From the NCBI GenBank assembly GCA_049724395.1, contig JAUGWO010000122.1:62001-126000 (forward strand): DNA of 64,000 nt, read 5' to 3'. The first letter of the stretch is position 1. Each line of letters starts with the position of its first letter. Shown here piece after piece: positions 1 through 13,468 of the stretch. The translations under genes were made by a program, and so were the position numbers. Origin of the DNA: Spongospora subterranea f. sp. subterranea. Lineage: Eukaryota. The notes under the pieces were generated by a model, which made no database searches, was not told where the DNA came from, and saw only the letters and a list, made by a program, of their open reading frames with translations.

Positions 1-148
1 CGGGCAGAATTCTGTCAATGTCATTCCACCGTCGACACACCACTTATTGTCTAAAATATTTTGAATTTTGTTGTCCAACAGTGAATCAACAATGCAAACG
101 CAGTTGGTGCAGTCACTGAAACGACGTCGAGAAAGATCGGGATAGAGT

Positions 149-864
149 TTATTGTGCTGGCGCTACAGTGGCAGTCTGGCTGGCGACAGTGTCTTTGGAT
201 CCTTCGTAGATATTATCACTAACAACGTGATGTTTACGATTAGCGTGGAAGTACTTTCGCATATCATAAGCGTCTTCACCATCAGCGTAGTATTTCGCTT
301 CGATATCATGCTGTTCGTATCCTAGCGTTTTTGTGTACAGGTGGAAGGCGCCCACGTTGCTTTTCCTGACGTGAAGGGATACATATTCTGCATTGAAAAC
401 ATGATTCATCGCATGTTGGGCAGCTTCCATCAACTTCGTCGCGATCCCCATTTTCCGATACGTTCGCAACACAGCCAACGATGTAATATGGCCATGCAAT
501 TCCTTCGAATCTTCCTCCCTAATTATTGCATTAATTATATGAAAGCGATGAAATTGGCAGTCTGTTCACATTTTTGCCAGAACGTATCCCACGATTTTGC
601 CATTGTAACCTTCAGCAACGAACGGCAATTGCGGCCATGACAAGATGTGGTACAGATAGTATTTCATCTCTATTCGTACCAGTTCAGAAAATTGCCAAAC
701 TACTGTACAATAAATCATGCAGACTCACGATAGTTCTCAGGCAAACACCTAAACCATGATCAGAAAAATCGCCAATCAACACGCTGAATCCAGGACACAT
801 ACAACAGGTTGCAGTTCTGCATTTCGAACAGATCTTTGACAGTACATCGCCTTATCGAGACCAT
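149..864 (-). CDS. NAA10: N-alpha-acetyltransferase 10 (NatA catalytic subunit), spliced, ~4 exons
   Basis: Joined exons read [46 protein letters not shown]...[36 protein letters not shown]...[10 protein letters not shown]...[14 protein letters not shown], the hallmark ARD1/NAA10 motifs. Confidence 0.95.
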
Positions 865-1161
865 TCTGCTATTGTCTACGAGCAATACTTGTGTATTGGC
901 CGTCCTCGTGGCTAAAACAGGACGTTCGCCGCCAGACGATGTGATTTGCCGGGGACCGCTAAATGCGCGGACTTCATTAAGGACATCATCATTGATCCCC
1001 GAGTCGTTTGCCTCCTCGCTTGCCTTCACCATTCGATAATAACAATGATGATCGCCTGCAGTTATAATAACTGGACGTTATTTCAGGATATTCCAGTTCG
1101 TTTCTTTCGATGAATTGTCCAGAATGATCCGGACTGGTATACATGGCTCATTGCCTAATTT

Positions 1162-1980
1162 GATGTCTAATCTGTTGACGATCGCCCGGAAGGTGCTCTC
1201 AGACGTATCCCATGCTTGTACTCGTCGAAATTCCGACAAAGAGGCCATTTCCCTTGATAAATATCTGAAATATTACGATCCAACCGACCATCGCCAATCA
1301 CCTGTTCTCGAAGATAACCTCTGTCAAACCCTGTTCTGGTTCGGAAATGAAGACAAACCGCATATGCTGGAGGTTCTCAAACATTATGCATCGTTCATCA
1401 AGCTGAACCCATCAAGGCGAGGATCGCTGAAGTTCATAGGCCATTTACGTCGATGGATAGCGGAAGACCCGGGAAGGCAGTTGAGCTGTTCCGATACAAT
1501 CGTCACTTTTGACCGGATTGCCATCTTTTCTAGGCAAGGCGCTATCGTATCGAGTATCTGGGACACGGTTCCGATTGCTCTAATCTATGCGATATCAGTT
1601 TGGCAAGCTGTAGACGGGTTAGGGCGTTTGATCGCCATTGTTCGGTTTATATTCTTGTTCTGACCAAAATGTTGGGCAGTATTCCTATTAGTCATGTCAG
1701 AATCGACCAAAGCTCGCTTTCCGCTTCTGTACGCCACCGGCTCGAGCATTCCGTCTTCGACGCGGCTTCATCGCCGAATCCTATGAACCGAATTAGTGAT
1801 TGGTTCTATTGGCCAGAATCCTATGTCGAGCCAGGAATAATTCAATCTTCTCGAAGATATCACGATCCTCAAAGAGCGCGTGATCATCCCATCGCAAATC
1901 AGTATAGGACCCTTCGAATCAGAAAGCCATCGACTTGTGGAATTCCTGGTATTGAGCGGATCACAAAAAATAAGCGTTGA
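1162..1980 (+). CDS. Hypothetical protein, probably spliced
   Basis: Two overlapping ORFs (1115-1663, 1600-1980) with protein-like composition, divergent from NAA10; no recognisable motif. Confidence 0.4.
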
Positions 1981-2580
1981 GCGTTCGTTGGTAAAGAGAT
2001 CATAGATTTTCCAACCACGCTTTTATTTCGCAAATATACCCCTGATCTTCCTCAAATCCAACGGCGTTCAGATCGAATTGGATGTAGGGGTTTTTGGTCG
2101 TCCGAAAGATGGGTTAGGATCATGGATAGGACAACGAACGGTGTAGCGGTATGAAATGTGCTTGTGTTGTCAGTGTGAGGGTCCATATGGAGTGCGTCAC
2201 TCTGATCATGAGTGTTCATTACCGGTGTGAGAACAGCGGATTTCGTCACAAAATTTGCAATACACCAGGCAATACCTGCCCTCGTGAAGACCCGGTAGCA
2301 ATGATAGAGTTGGCATCGGACCCCCTTAAAATGGTTTATTTCTAAATCAATTCAATTGTGTATTTCCTGTCACCATATGGCCATACACTGCGTTTTCGTT
2401 TAAAGAAGCGAGATGCTTTTCAAATGCGCAATCATTCTGCCCAGGGATTTTGTCCGCCCGCCGCATTTGTAGATATAAACGACTGTTTGATCTCAATGTG
2501 TTGGTGTTTATGTTGTCAAACCCCCATGTGTAGATATTAAACTTGTCGTAGTTGTTCTGTTTCCTACGGTAATCATTATC

Positions 2581-2795
2581 GATATGAGTTCGCACCGCCA
2601 CATTGGGTTATAACGAACAGAGATCATCAGTTCATTACTGTTACGAGTCCGACCCGTAACAATTCGCATGTAACGAGCAGATAGATCACCATTTTATAGT
2701 ATAGATGGGGTCACAGTCTTCATTGTTGATATGAGTCCGCGCCGCCCTTCTTGATCATTGTTGATATGGGTCCGCTCCGCAATATTGGGTTTATA
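2581..2795. repeat. Degenerate dispersed direct repeats (GATATGRGTYCGC...CCGC...ATTGGGTT)
   Basis: Copies start at ~2581, ~2728 and ~2764. Confidence 0.55.
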
Positions 2796-2931
2796 GTGTA
2801 GTAATGCGGCGATAGATTGCCATTTGCAACCTTCGCATTCTGCCTCATCTATCAAACTCCAGCCAATTTTGGTCGTATCCGCAGGTCCTGGCGAAGTCTA
2901 AGCTTCTTAAATCGTTTCGATCACAATCTCC

Positions 2932-5099
2932 ATGAACTGGCGAAATGGCTGGGTGTGTCAACAATGCACCTTTTTCAACGACAAGCCACTCGTTGCCAAA
3001 TGTGAGATATGTGAAGTTGAACCTGAACTGTTTCCATCGTCGCCTCGGAGCTGCCAGGTAGGTTGCTCTTCCTCATGTAACTCTAGTACAGAAATCCCAC
3101 GTCCAGCCAGGTATTTTTCAGTGTTCAGCGTAAAATATTAAAACGCTTATGTGTCACGCTAGTGCTTCATTCGATGATGCTGCTCTTCCTGAAGTCATCG
3201 AAATTGATTCTGATGGTCCTTCCAGTCAAATTACTGCTCTTGTCGACGATACACCATCGGCTGTGGAGCGATTTTATCTTGTTCGTTCAAAGTCAGATAT
3301 CGAGGTGATCCTGCAGATCTAGCGTGATTATTATTTTTGTCAATATGGCGCTACTAGGTAGTTTATATTGGGTCGTCTGATGATGATGCTGTTGGTTCAT
3401 ACCCTCAATACGCTGGCCCTTCGGATGCCAAACAGCCTTATTTTCGTCCACCAGTCGAGCTCCCATCGGTGTTTGTTGGACCATCAAGTGACCGCACGGT
3501 GAACACAAATCGAATCGGAGACGCTAGTCAAGCAAAGAAAGTCGTTGATACTCAGGAGCAAAAGGCGAGCATTTTACAGGAACTCATGCTAACGCATCTA
3601 AGATTGCAAAGTAGGAGACGCTTAATACATATCAGAACTTTGAGGCCGACAATACGAACTTTTCGTTGAACCGCTCCGAACCGGTTATTGATTGTACTAT
3701 CAAAAGAAGAAGGAAACGAACTGCTGATAAAATTGACGACGTTGTTGATAAGAAGAAACAGCGGGTAGTTATATTAGAAATTTTTTTGCTGGTGTTGCAT
3801 TTTTCTGAGATGTTCATTAGGAGAAAGTGGCGCTCAATAAATCGCGGAAACTTGGTAAGCTCTCACAATAATCGTGCGAATTTATATGCGACAGTAAATA
3901 ACGCTGGCTGACAGGTAAGTATTTTTGGAGCGAAATCCTTGTCAGCATGCCGCGTTCGATTTGGGAAACATACCAGTCTCCAATACAGAACTCGATAGAA
4001 ACCATAAAAGGTAATCGCTGCTCATCACAATATCTGATTGCTTTTATTCATTTTTGTGTTTATGCATTTAATCAGGCGAGATCGATGCATTCGTAATTAG
4101 CGATGCAGATTCCGAACTGATAAGGTGGTCGAGAAAAACTGTAAAGGATGATTTAGATGTGTTGAACTTTGATAAAGACAGCTGTAGGCTGCTGTACGTC
4201 TCTTATAAGTTTTCGTGTTTGTGTCGCTAATAGACGTCTCAGTTTACGAGACTCGTCACTCTATGAACTTGTGCCGTTGCCATTCTCGATTTTATTATAC
4301 AAGGCCAGCGCTTTCTTGGAGGAGTATGATAACGGACGGTTAATGAACAAAATCGCAATGGAACTAGCTCGAGCTAAGTCGAGAACCGCAGTTGTAGTCC
4401 AAAATCTCCATGGGGCCGTGCGGCTCAACTGTAATCGAAGAATGCAGCAAAGTCTCCGTCAAGGTATGGTTGTAAACCTGATTCCTCTGTCAATCCGTTG
4501 ATTCACATTCTCGTAGATAGTGGTCCTGCGCGTACTTCTTCATCTTCTACAGGTATCAATAACTGCAAGCAAATCGAGGATTTTGCTGCCGATATATTGG
4601 TTCGAACACAAGGTCGTTGCGGATTTTTACATTTTCCCAACGCGAGTGAGATCGGCATGTTCCTCGTGCAGGCGACCCGTCATCTGGGAGAAGAGCCTTA
4701 CAAACCCGATCCTACGACATCACTAGGTACTAATGATTCGCCGTTCATGGAATCCAGGACGATGTGCAACCCAATAGGAAAATTGATCCTGCTTAACTTT
4801 CGCTCATGTGTCCAGGAATAAGGAGTACAACCGTATCCAAGTCTTCTGTTGCCGGCGGAATATACTCCCCATCCATGAAGGAATGGTTCAACATGCTGTT
4901 GAGAGTGCCCGGCATATCAGATAAACGTGCCGAATGTATCATCTCCAAATACCCATGTGCTGCCGCTCTCATACAAGCGTATCAACAATGTGACGTTGAC
5001 GATACTCGTCGAGAGCTTGTCTCGGAACTGCTTGTTGATGGAAGGCGACTTGGGAATGCGCTTTCATTAGCGCTTTTCGAACATTTTTGGGAAGAATAA
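2932..5099 (+). CDS. EME1: EME1/Mms4-like crossover-junction endonuclease subunit with N-terminal RanBP2-type zinc finger, multi-exon
   Basis: N-terminus WVCQQCTFFN...CEIC (zf-RanBP); C-terminus WFNMLLRVPGISDKRAECIISKYP...LIQAY...GRRLGNALS matches the EME1 (HhH)2 region; ERCC4-like middle region. Confidence 0.7.
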
Positions 5100-5279
5100 T
5101 TGATTTACTCTTCATTGGCCATTACAGATACACAACCTTTGGTATTATTTGCTTGCTTATGTTGATGAGCTCAAAAAAAGCAGTTTGGTCAAGAATTTTC
5201 CCGGAGATGAATGTCCGCCTAATATGTCTGGTGGCAAATAACCATTGAAAATTAAATTGTAGTCGGCGCCTATTCACCC

Positions 5280-6159
5280 ATGAAGAACTTAGTCTTGCTT
5301 TTGGCATCGATTGCTGTTTTATCAATTCCCTGTGCGTTGACGGATGAAGCAAAACATAGTTTCACGGTGGAAGTCCACCCGAGGGACGAAGTCTGCTTCT
5401 ATGAGGATGTATCGACAGGGGATATCATCCAATTCGAAGCAGTGTTATTACCAGATGGTTATCAGTGGAGTATAATCGATAACTGTCTTCGATTGCTGAT
5501 TTCAGGTAGATGATCGATTATCCCGAGTTGTAGTTCGCATTGTCGGTCCAGATGGAAAGATCATGTATTATGGTCTAGTACCCTATGGAGTGCCCATCTG
5601 GAAATCAACTTCTCCCGCCGGAACCACGGGGGCCTGTTCGATCTGCTTCTCCTTGTCAGGAAGACAATGGACCCACCAAAAAAGGATCAGGTTCCCTATT
5701 TGCAAACAATAACGTTGTCGACAAATTTATGTTTGCGATAGGTTTGCCATCAAAGATATGCACTCGGTCAATTGGGAGGCAAATCCGATTGGTAGACCGA
5801 TTCGACGAGGTAGAAGTCGTATACTCTGTGATGTTGCGACACCAACGGTTTTGATGCTATAGACGAATTAGATCCAGTTTTGAAATCGATCAAACGACTT
5901 CGGGTTTTAGTTCGCGATCTAGCCAGAGTTCAAGAGCGTATGAAGTTCGAGGGATTACTGTTATCTCGGAGTAAGTCGCTGTTGATCTGTGTGGACTGAA
6001 AGGTTCTGAAATTCAACAGCTAACAGGTTGTTGTCAATGAGTATCAGTTTCTGGTGGAAGTTTAAAGTCGCGTCGATAATAGGGATGAATCTAGCACAAC
6101 TCGCTATTGTTTATCGTTGGTTTTCCAGGCACTCCTACGGAAAGCGTCGGCGACCGTAA
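5280..6159 (+). CDS. p24/TMED (emp24/gp25L) GOLD-domain cargo receptor, multi-exon
   Basis: Signal peptide, SFTVEVHPRDEVCFYE GOLD start, coiled coil, C-terminal TM followed by RWFSRHSYGKRRRP*. Confidence 0.8.
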
Positions 6160-6353
6160 AAACTAGCCAATGGTTATAATAAATTCGCCTCTCAGGACGT
6201 TCATAAACGTAAAACGTTTTGGCAAAACTGGAAACCCTAAACGGTGTAGCTTGCTGGTAGCGATCGAATATCGTAATTTTCAAGTTTTTCAGAAATGGAA
6301 TTTAACACTTTTTCACGACACAACACGGGTTGAATCCTGTTTGACCTGGGACA

Positions 6354-9300
6354 TCATGACACTTTACTTTTAAGTATCACATCATGGGACGGCCAAGTCG
6401 TCATGTTGTGTACGGGTTGGTTTGGTTTCGACATTCCTTTGATGTCTTCGGGCGACCTGTATAGTTGAATCAATTCCCCGTACAAATCTTCTTCCAAAAC
6501 GTGATCTCCGTCGAATCTTGCCTGGAATACATCCGAACATAACTCCTGAATCCTAAAACATCTCATATGCTCAGATCAGTTGCCGGTTAATCGGACTATG
6601 GTATTCACTTTGTGACATCTGGAATATCTTCGTAGATAATTTGATCAACTCGTGGGATGACTGATCGAATGAATTTTCCAATCGTTAGCACAATGGTGAT
6701 ATATAATGTGATAATAGTGTATGATCGGAATCCGCCCGACAGAGATTGCCACAGCACGTTATCAGCGACAAAATACACAGAAATGCCAGAAGACGAATAT
6801 TTGTACGGAAGTCCATTTACTGAGACCATAGCAAATGCCCACCATTCAGTAGTTTTATCCTGCCTGATAGATAGGTTGACATCGCCGTACACCTGAGATC
6901 AGTGTTAATGACAACCAAAACGATTTGATAAACTGACATCTCCAATTGACTGGATGGTTCCGTCGGAATGAATTTGAAACAGGATCGGGTGCAGCCGTGA
7001 AATATTCAATGACGGAATCGAGCCGTTAATCAGAGACCGAATGGATATTAACTCCTGAAGTGACAATATCCGATCATAACGGGTAATCTGAGATGCGGTT
7101 GATGTGGACGAGCTGTATATCTTCAAAACAATATTAAGAGATTGGGCGGTCTGACCTATGTGGTCTTTCATCCATGGACTAGCTTCCCAAGAGTGAGAAC
7201 TGTCACCTAACATCGTTGGCACGGTTACCCAATTTTGCAGTTATCTCAAACCAACCAGACTTTACCTGGCAAAAGCATCCCATCAATATCTTGGTACTGT
7301 GGAATATTATTTGGATCCAGAAAAAATGGTGACTGAGACAAATCCGATAATGTTAGATTGTGCTGGCTTCTGGAGGCATGCTGCGTAAATAATCTTGACC
7401 CTTGGATGGCAATAGAAAGATCGGCCTGATGGACTTCCTCACTATGAGACGATATACCTCTAACAAAAAGCATTAACGGTGCCCATATCATCAGGCATAA
7501 AATCAAAAGACTTGATAGCCCAAAAAACATCTTGATCCGGATTGGATATAGGTCACCTCGCTTACGACGAGAGCGCCGGCGGTCAGCATAATCACATTCA
7601 GCCAAATGCAATGATCTAAATATATCCTCTAGGCGAAGCCAGTCGAAAATGGTCAAAGGAGATGACGTAAACGTCCAATCCCTATACAGGTTATCAGATT
7701 ACATTCTCCCTCCACTTGCCACTAAATCATGTAAAACCCACTTACAATATGCACTGAATTTCGAACAGGAACGGGATGGATCGATAAATAATATATAGAT
7801 AATAAGCGAATGAGGAGATTTGACGAGTGAAAAAGTGGGTTCTGGCGAACGGAGGATACCCTGTATGAATTTGACACGCTGACACATAGAAGTGAACAGA
7901 TTTGATGACATATAAAACGATAAGGCAAATACGGTTAGAGTATGTGCTATTATATGCAACATTAATAAAAATATGGCATGCTAAGCAATGTAGTACTTGA
8001 AGGCACACTTTAGCCACAGGCGATGACCTCAAATAAATAATTCGATCCAGAATCAGCAAAATGAACTGAGTCATTATGCATAAAAGATACGTCGAAGGGA
8101 CTTGATTGGATTTGATTGATTGTATAATATTGGAGTCAGGATCACCGGAAAGTAGACCGAACCCATCTAATGATAGTTAGCGAGAGGCTTTCTTTGAAAA
8201 AGTTGATTGTAACTTACTGATTATAAATATGAATGATGCAAAGTCTGATGTAAATATGGACGTGTATAAATCTTTGCCATGAACAGGGTATATTTGGCCA
8301 AGGCGTTCTATGAATGTATTCATAGGATCGTGATTGACAGTCCCGTTGTCAAAGTGGTCATGGTCTGTTTCGAGTTCAGAATCTGGAGATAGGTCTAGTT
8401 GATTAAGCAGGGTATGTCGGCGCTGTATAAAAAAAATAAGCAATAAAACAGACTATTTCCAGAGATTTGATACCTGAAGAAGAAGGAGGAACAAGAGAAT
8501 AAAATCCAGCAGGAAATCTTGAGTAAAGGACGGTAAGTGCGCTTTAGCATATTCGGTCGACGATGACAATCGCGGGTATAGCATGGTAATCAAAATAGAC
8601 AGTATAGGAACTTCGAGTGGCAATAATCTAACGATCATTTTGATGGAAACTATCATATGGACACATAGCAGTGCGACGTAATAATATGAGGCGACATGAG
8701 ATGGCGAGCGGACCGTCAAACCGATCGTGAATAACGATATGGGGAGCAGCGCTGAGATTATCGACTGATTCGTAATATGATAACATACAAATAAGATATG
8801 AATAAAGTACGATATATTTGATATGAACCAATCCCAAGGAAGGTAACGTATCTGGTCAGTTGAGTCACAATCGGATTCACGTTTCAAACATTCCGTTATT
8901 CGCGAAAAATATTTTTGCGGTATCGCTATTTGGCGTCGCATCTCCATCGTCGTCAATAGCTGCAATTCGAGGGACTGTAGCCATCAGTTCTGATCGGAAA
9001 TCGTCTGCAACGTCACCTCGATATATGGTTGAAATTCTCTTGATGTTTGATAAAAACCATGATGAGTTAGGACGACGGCGCGATGGCTGAATGACTGCAG
9101 GCATAGAACAGTTTCGGTATGGAGGGGGCTCTAACACCGAGAAACGACGATGAGGATAACCGTTCCATAGTAATGGGACTGAATATCGCCTGAAAGGGTT
9201 TTCGATTGTTTGATAATCATCATCAACTATGATGTAACGCTCACGCTCTAATTCATCAGTAGGATGGTCAATCATGTTGACGTCCTCAGGTTCAACAGCA

Positions 9301-12300
9301 TCCATATCCTTTTCTGAACATAGCCGAGATTCCCAGTCAGTCAAAATTTTCAAGACACCTGGAATTGATTTGTTATCAATATCCGGTAATAGTCCGATAT
9401 CTGTGAGTCTCAATAGTACTCGTTCCTCTCTTTGGCCATCAGTTTGCCCTTCTAATGCCCATCTAGATATATATCTCTGTTGACGCTCTAAAAATGATCT
9501 AAACAGCGCAATAAGAGCTAAACGAGCCAATAAATGGCGCTGTCGCGAAGCCTTGGTAGCCTAAACGGATCGTAAATTTTTCATAGCAGCAGCTGTCGCA
9601 TTTTGAACCTTTATACGATGTGCTTTCATTTGGGCTGCATCGAATGATCTCACCCCACGAAATAATCCGATCTCACTGGCACGTTTCTGGACAATAACCT
9701 GTTTGTTGGCAAATTAAAACTTGACATCTTCTGCGGGAGCAAACCGTTGGCACAATTACCATTATAAATACCAAAATATCGGATATGGTAACGTAATGCT
9801 CTAACCCAATAACGTCTAATTGGTTAGATTGGGAAATGAACGGGATATTAAACACCGACTTGATAGAAATAACTAATATATTGGCGATAGCCAACCCGTT
9901 CCAGACAATGTGATGAGTCGGACGAGGGATAGTTGTGCAGTGAAGGAGATACAAGGCGATGACAGAGTATGATAGAGATGAAGAAGGAAGAAACGAAATT
10001 GACGACGAGGATTGCATGGACCAACGAATCGATGGGATAATAGCAACCATTCCGAGACAGACAACGGAAGTTGTTCTGAGCAATTTTACCTTCCATAAGA
10101 TCGTATCTGTGATAAACAATGTCGGATTGGTGTGACGCTCAATAATCTCCTCTTTGTCAATCACCCTTTTTTGTATAGTACCAACAACTACAATTACCAA
10201 ATCTAATACCCACGAGGTAACATCAGGATAAGGATATACCCGCATCCAAATCTGTTCAGGGATAGTCCATGCTGCCCATGGCCACTTGATCGCATGTCCT
10301 ATATATATTTGCATTGATACCATAATCCACCTAGCCCATACTGATGAAACCCAAAGATAAATCAGTATGTTGTATAACCGTTTTGCAGCTGAGCGACCGT
10401 AGTAAAGCAATATGCAAATCACCACACTGTTGAACAAAGATATCATGTCGTAGCGTATCGTGGAGCAAACCATCATAGTCGCCATTGATATCTCCATCAT
10501 ACATCCTAGAGTTATATATCTGATAAAGCGATACCATCTGCCGTTGTTAACAGCATAACTCGGATCGACATCGGGACGTGCGAGCTGAGAGCAAATAACA
10601 CGAATTGCCGCGATCACGAAAATAACCACCGAAATTGGAAACACAAAAGGGTCAGGGCCTAGCCCTATCCACGATAGTATAATTCCAGCAACTGGTGAAA
10701 CGTCCACTCGTTGATACAGTAAAGCATACGAATATACCGATAGCATATTCATCAAGGACAAAACGAAATGAAGATCCCTGCCATGATGGCGGGGAAACCG
10801 ACGCGCGCCAGATAACATCGGCTTGATAACTAGGAAAGTAAATACAGCATTGATCATTGTGGGATATCGAGCAGATATGCTCAACATCAGTGTCTGGGAT
10901 AGATAAGATGATGCTAAAGGATACATGTGGGATTGAATGAGTTCAGATGGCGGTGAAGGAACGCTCCTCGATGACAGCAAGGGTAATCGAAGATCGTCCC
11001 GGTCGTCGGGCAAGCGCATCACCGCAAATTGTATGTATGCCATCAAGATGAAGGGAATTACGTGTAACGGCATATCCTGGTATTGATAGAACCCAATCTG
11101 CTTCGCAATATCGACATATGTAGTGAATCGTTGAGAAACATATCTGAACTGATATGAATATACGAGATGCAATATTGCAACGGATGTGTACGATGCAATA
11201 AGTCGGTACGACATCGACATGGTAGACAAACGTTTAGGAAAAAACCTCAGTAGTGTTATATGACATATTGCGACAATTAGATACAGGAGATTGATTACAT
11301 TTGGCACGTACAGGAAAGCCATCATTATCAACATTAAATCTGAAAAAGCGGGACCGCAAGTAATCAGCATTCGGTGCCCCGACGTTAGGTGACGCTGAAA
11401 ATTAACCGGAAGATAAACAGCCTCATTCGGTAACAATCGATTCATGTAAAGTCGCATGCAGCTTGTGATCATCATAATTCTGAATGTAACATATTCAAAA
11501 TTCGACTGAAACCATGAAGAAATCAGAAGATAATGGTGGGCACGACTGAGACACCAACATAGTGACATCAGAGATACCGGTGAGATCACGAAAAGTTTCC
11601 AGTTACGATTTAGTACCCCAGGATGGATGATGTGAAGTGAGACAATGTAAAGAAAAAACAAATGAACCATAGACGCTCGCAGCGAAGCATACAATGCCAT
11701 TGATGTCAAAGCTACGCATGAAGCAATCTTGTAGAGTACTATGTTATGCATCGGATTGTAGCCGCAACTGTGTTCAACACCACCACACTGAATCTCACGA
11801 TAATTAAGCTGCCGTTTGATGAAAGTGAAATATGAGTACAGCATTAATGCGGCTAATCGGAATTGCAGTGGCAATGTTGATGGTGGAGTTGAGGGTGATG
11901 ATGGTATGGGAATATTCCATAGAGAACTAACCCATGCAGAACTCGACAATGATGGCTGATTCAGACAAAGATAATACGATATGATATACGATACTTGATA
12001 CGTTAGGTTCAGGTAGTGGTGAAATCTTGAACGGACTGAGAAAACAGACGTAGATGGACGACAAACTAAAAAAATGTAAGAAACAAGCACCATCAGAGCA
12101 GAGGAATACGACTGATCAAAAATTGCTAACAATGATGGGATTGAGGAGGCAATCCAATACAAATGGCAGTTTACGATGTTATATACTGATTGAGTTGGGT
12201 TCCGGCGAACAACAAAGGCAGGAACTGGTGGTGGGCATGGAACAGAAATCGAAGGCGATGAGAAAGAAGGTGAGCGTGTTCGAATATATTGATATATATC

Positions 12301-13364
12301 AGAAGAGGATAAGGACGTTAAATGCAGTAATTGAAGTAGTGTTATGATGGTGAGGTGGACGCGATCACTGCACAAAAATGATGTATATATGAGAATATGG
12401 GCTTGGAGATCGTTTTGATACATGTTACCTGATCTGAAACTCATGGGATAGCGTTGCCCAGGGTCCAGTAGGTAACGGAGTCGTTGAAACGATTCGAATC
12501 AAGAGAGCATGCACGCATGACGCTGTCAAATACAGGCGCCAGACTGGGGAGCGGCTGGATGAGGGTAATGAAGTAAGAGTAGACTGGTGAGGCCGCTGAA
12601 GATATACTGTAGATATGTATAAGGATACGATCACATATATGATGCTGTATCTGGATAGGTAAAACAACGAGAGACACAGCGAAGATGCGATGTAGACCGC
12701 ATTCCAGATACGATGCCCAGAGATGTCTGCGAACATGTCCATTGGTATCCCTGGTGACATACCCATTAGAACTATCTTCGTTGACATGAATTCATTTCCA
12801 GACAATGTATTGGGCGCAACTTGAACAATCGAGTGATCATTATTGCGAACAGCATAACGACTGATGGCGATATATTATATATAATATCCCAACATGAGCC
12901 AATTCTAAAGACGTCAGGCATTAAAGTCGATACTACATGGACAAAGTTGAGTTTGCACCTGTTCTGCCCCAGTAGTTGCTCTATTTTCCGTAAATGCTCA
13001 GGGTTCGTCAACAATAATATTTGAAGTGTCGACCGTAGAAGAATCGTCGTTATATTAATGTACAGTAATATTCTAATCTGAAATGGTTTCCAATACCCTA
13101 TCAACAAGCATACACACAAAGTATGAGAATATCACTCAGATTCATTTTCCGGGTTGTAAATACCGGTCATCGTTCCTGACATAATCAACCTGATCCATGG
13201 CCATATAAGCAGCGCCATGTACATCCATGATAAACCGTTGGATTCAAGTAGGACAGCTGCGTCAAATATATATTAATCTAGGTATGATGACCAATAAATA
13301 GCTGACCGTATAGTACTGATAGAGTTATCAGGTTTCTTCTCAACCCGAGAAGGACTTTCATCAT
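6354..13364 (-). CDS. PIEZO: Piezo-type mechanosensitive ion channel, multi-exon
   Basis: Very long multi-TM protein; contains YRSIPFLFEIQCIL-DWTFT...IFDWLRLEDIF (the PFxxExxxxxxW motif), the inner helix IITLYITIVLTIGKFIR and the C-terminal LEEDLYGELIQLYRSPE; start ATG at 13364 inferred. Confidence 0.92.
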
Positions 13365-13468
13365 TGATGTTCCAAACCTCACTGGCATAACGTGGTTTGC
13401 CACATCATGGGTGATCGAGTACCCTGAGACGATATAGCTCCTGATCGTTAATCTGCATCATCCATGTC

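Noticed and set aside
9561..9563. In-frame TAG in the Piezo beam region (possible readthrough or alternative genetic code)
   Set aside because: It is the AG end of a plausible 48-nt GT-AG intron (GTTCAA...TTTAG), the typical size here
12720..12810. Apparent frameshift in the Piezo 5' region
   Set aside because: Resolvable by a plausible ~59-nt GT-AG intron
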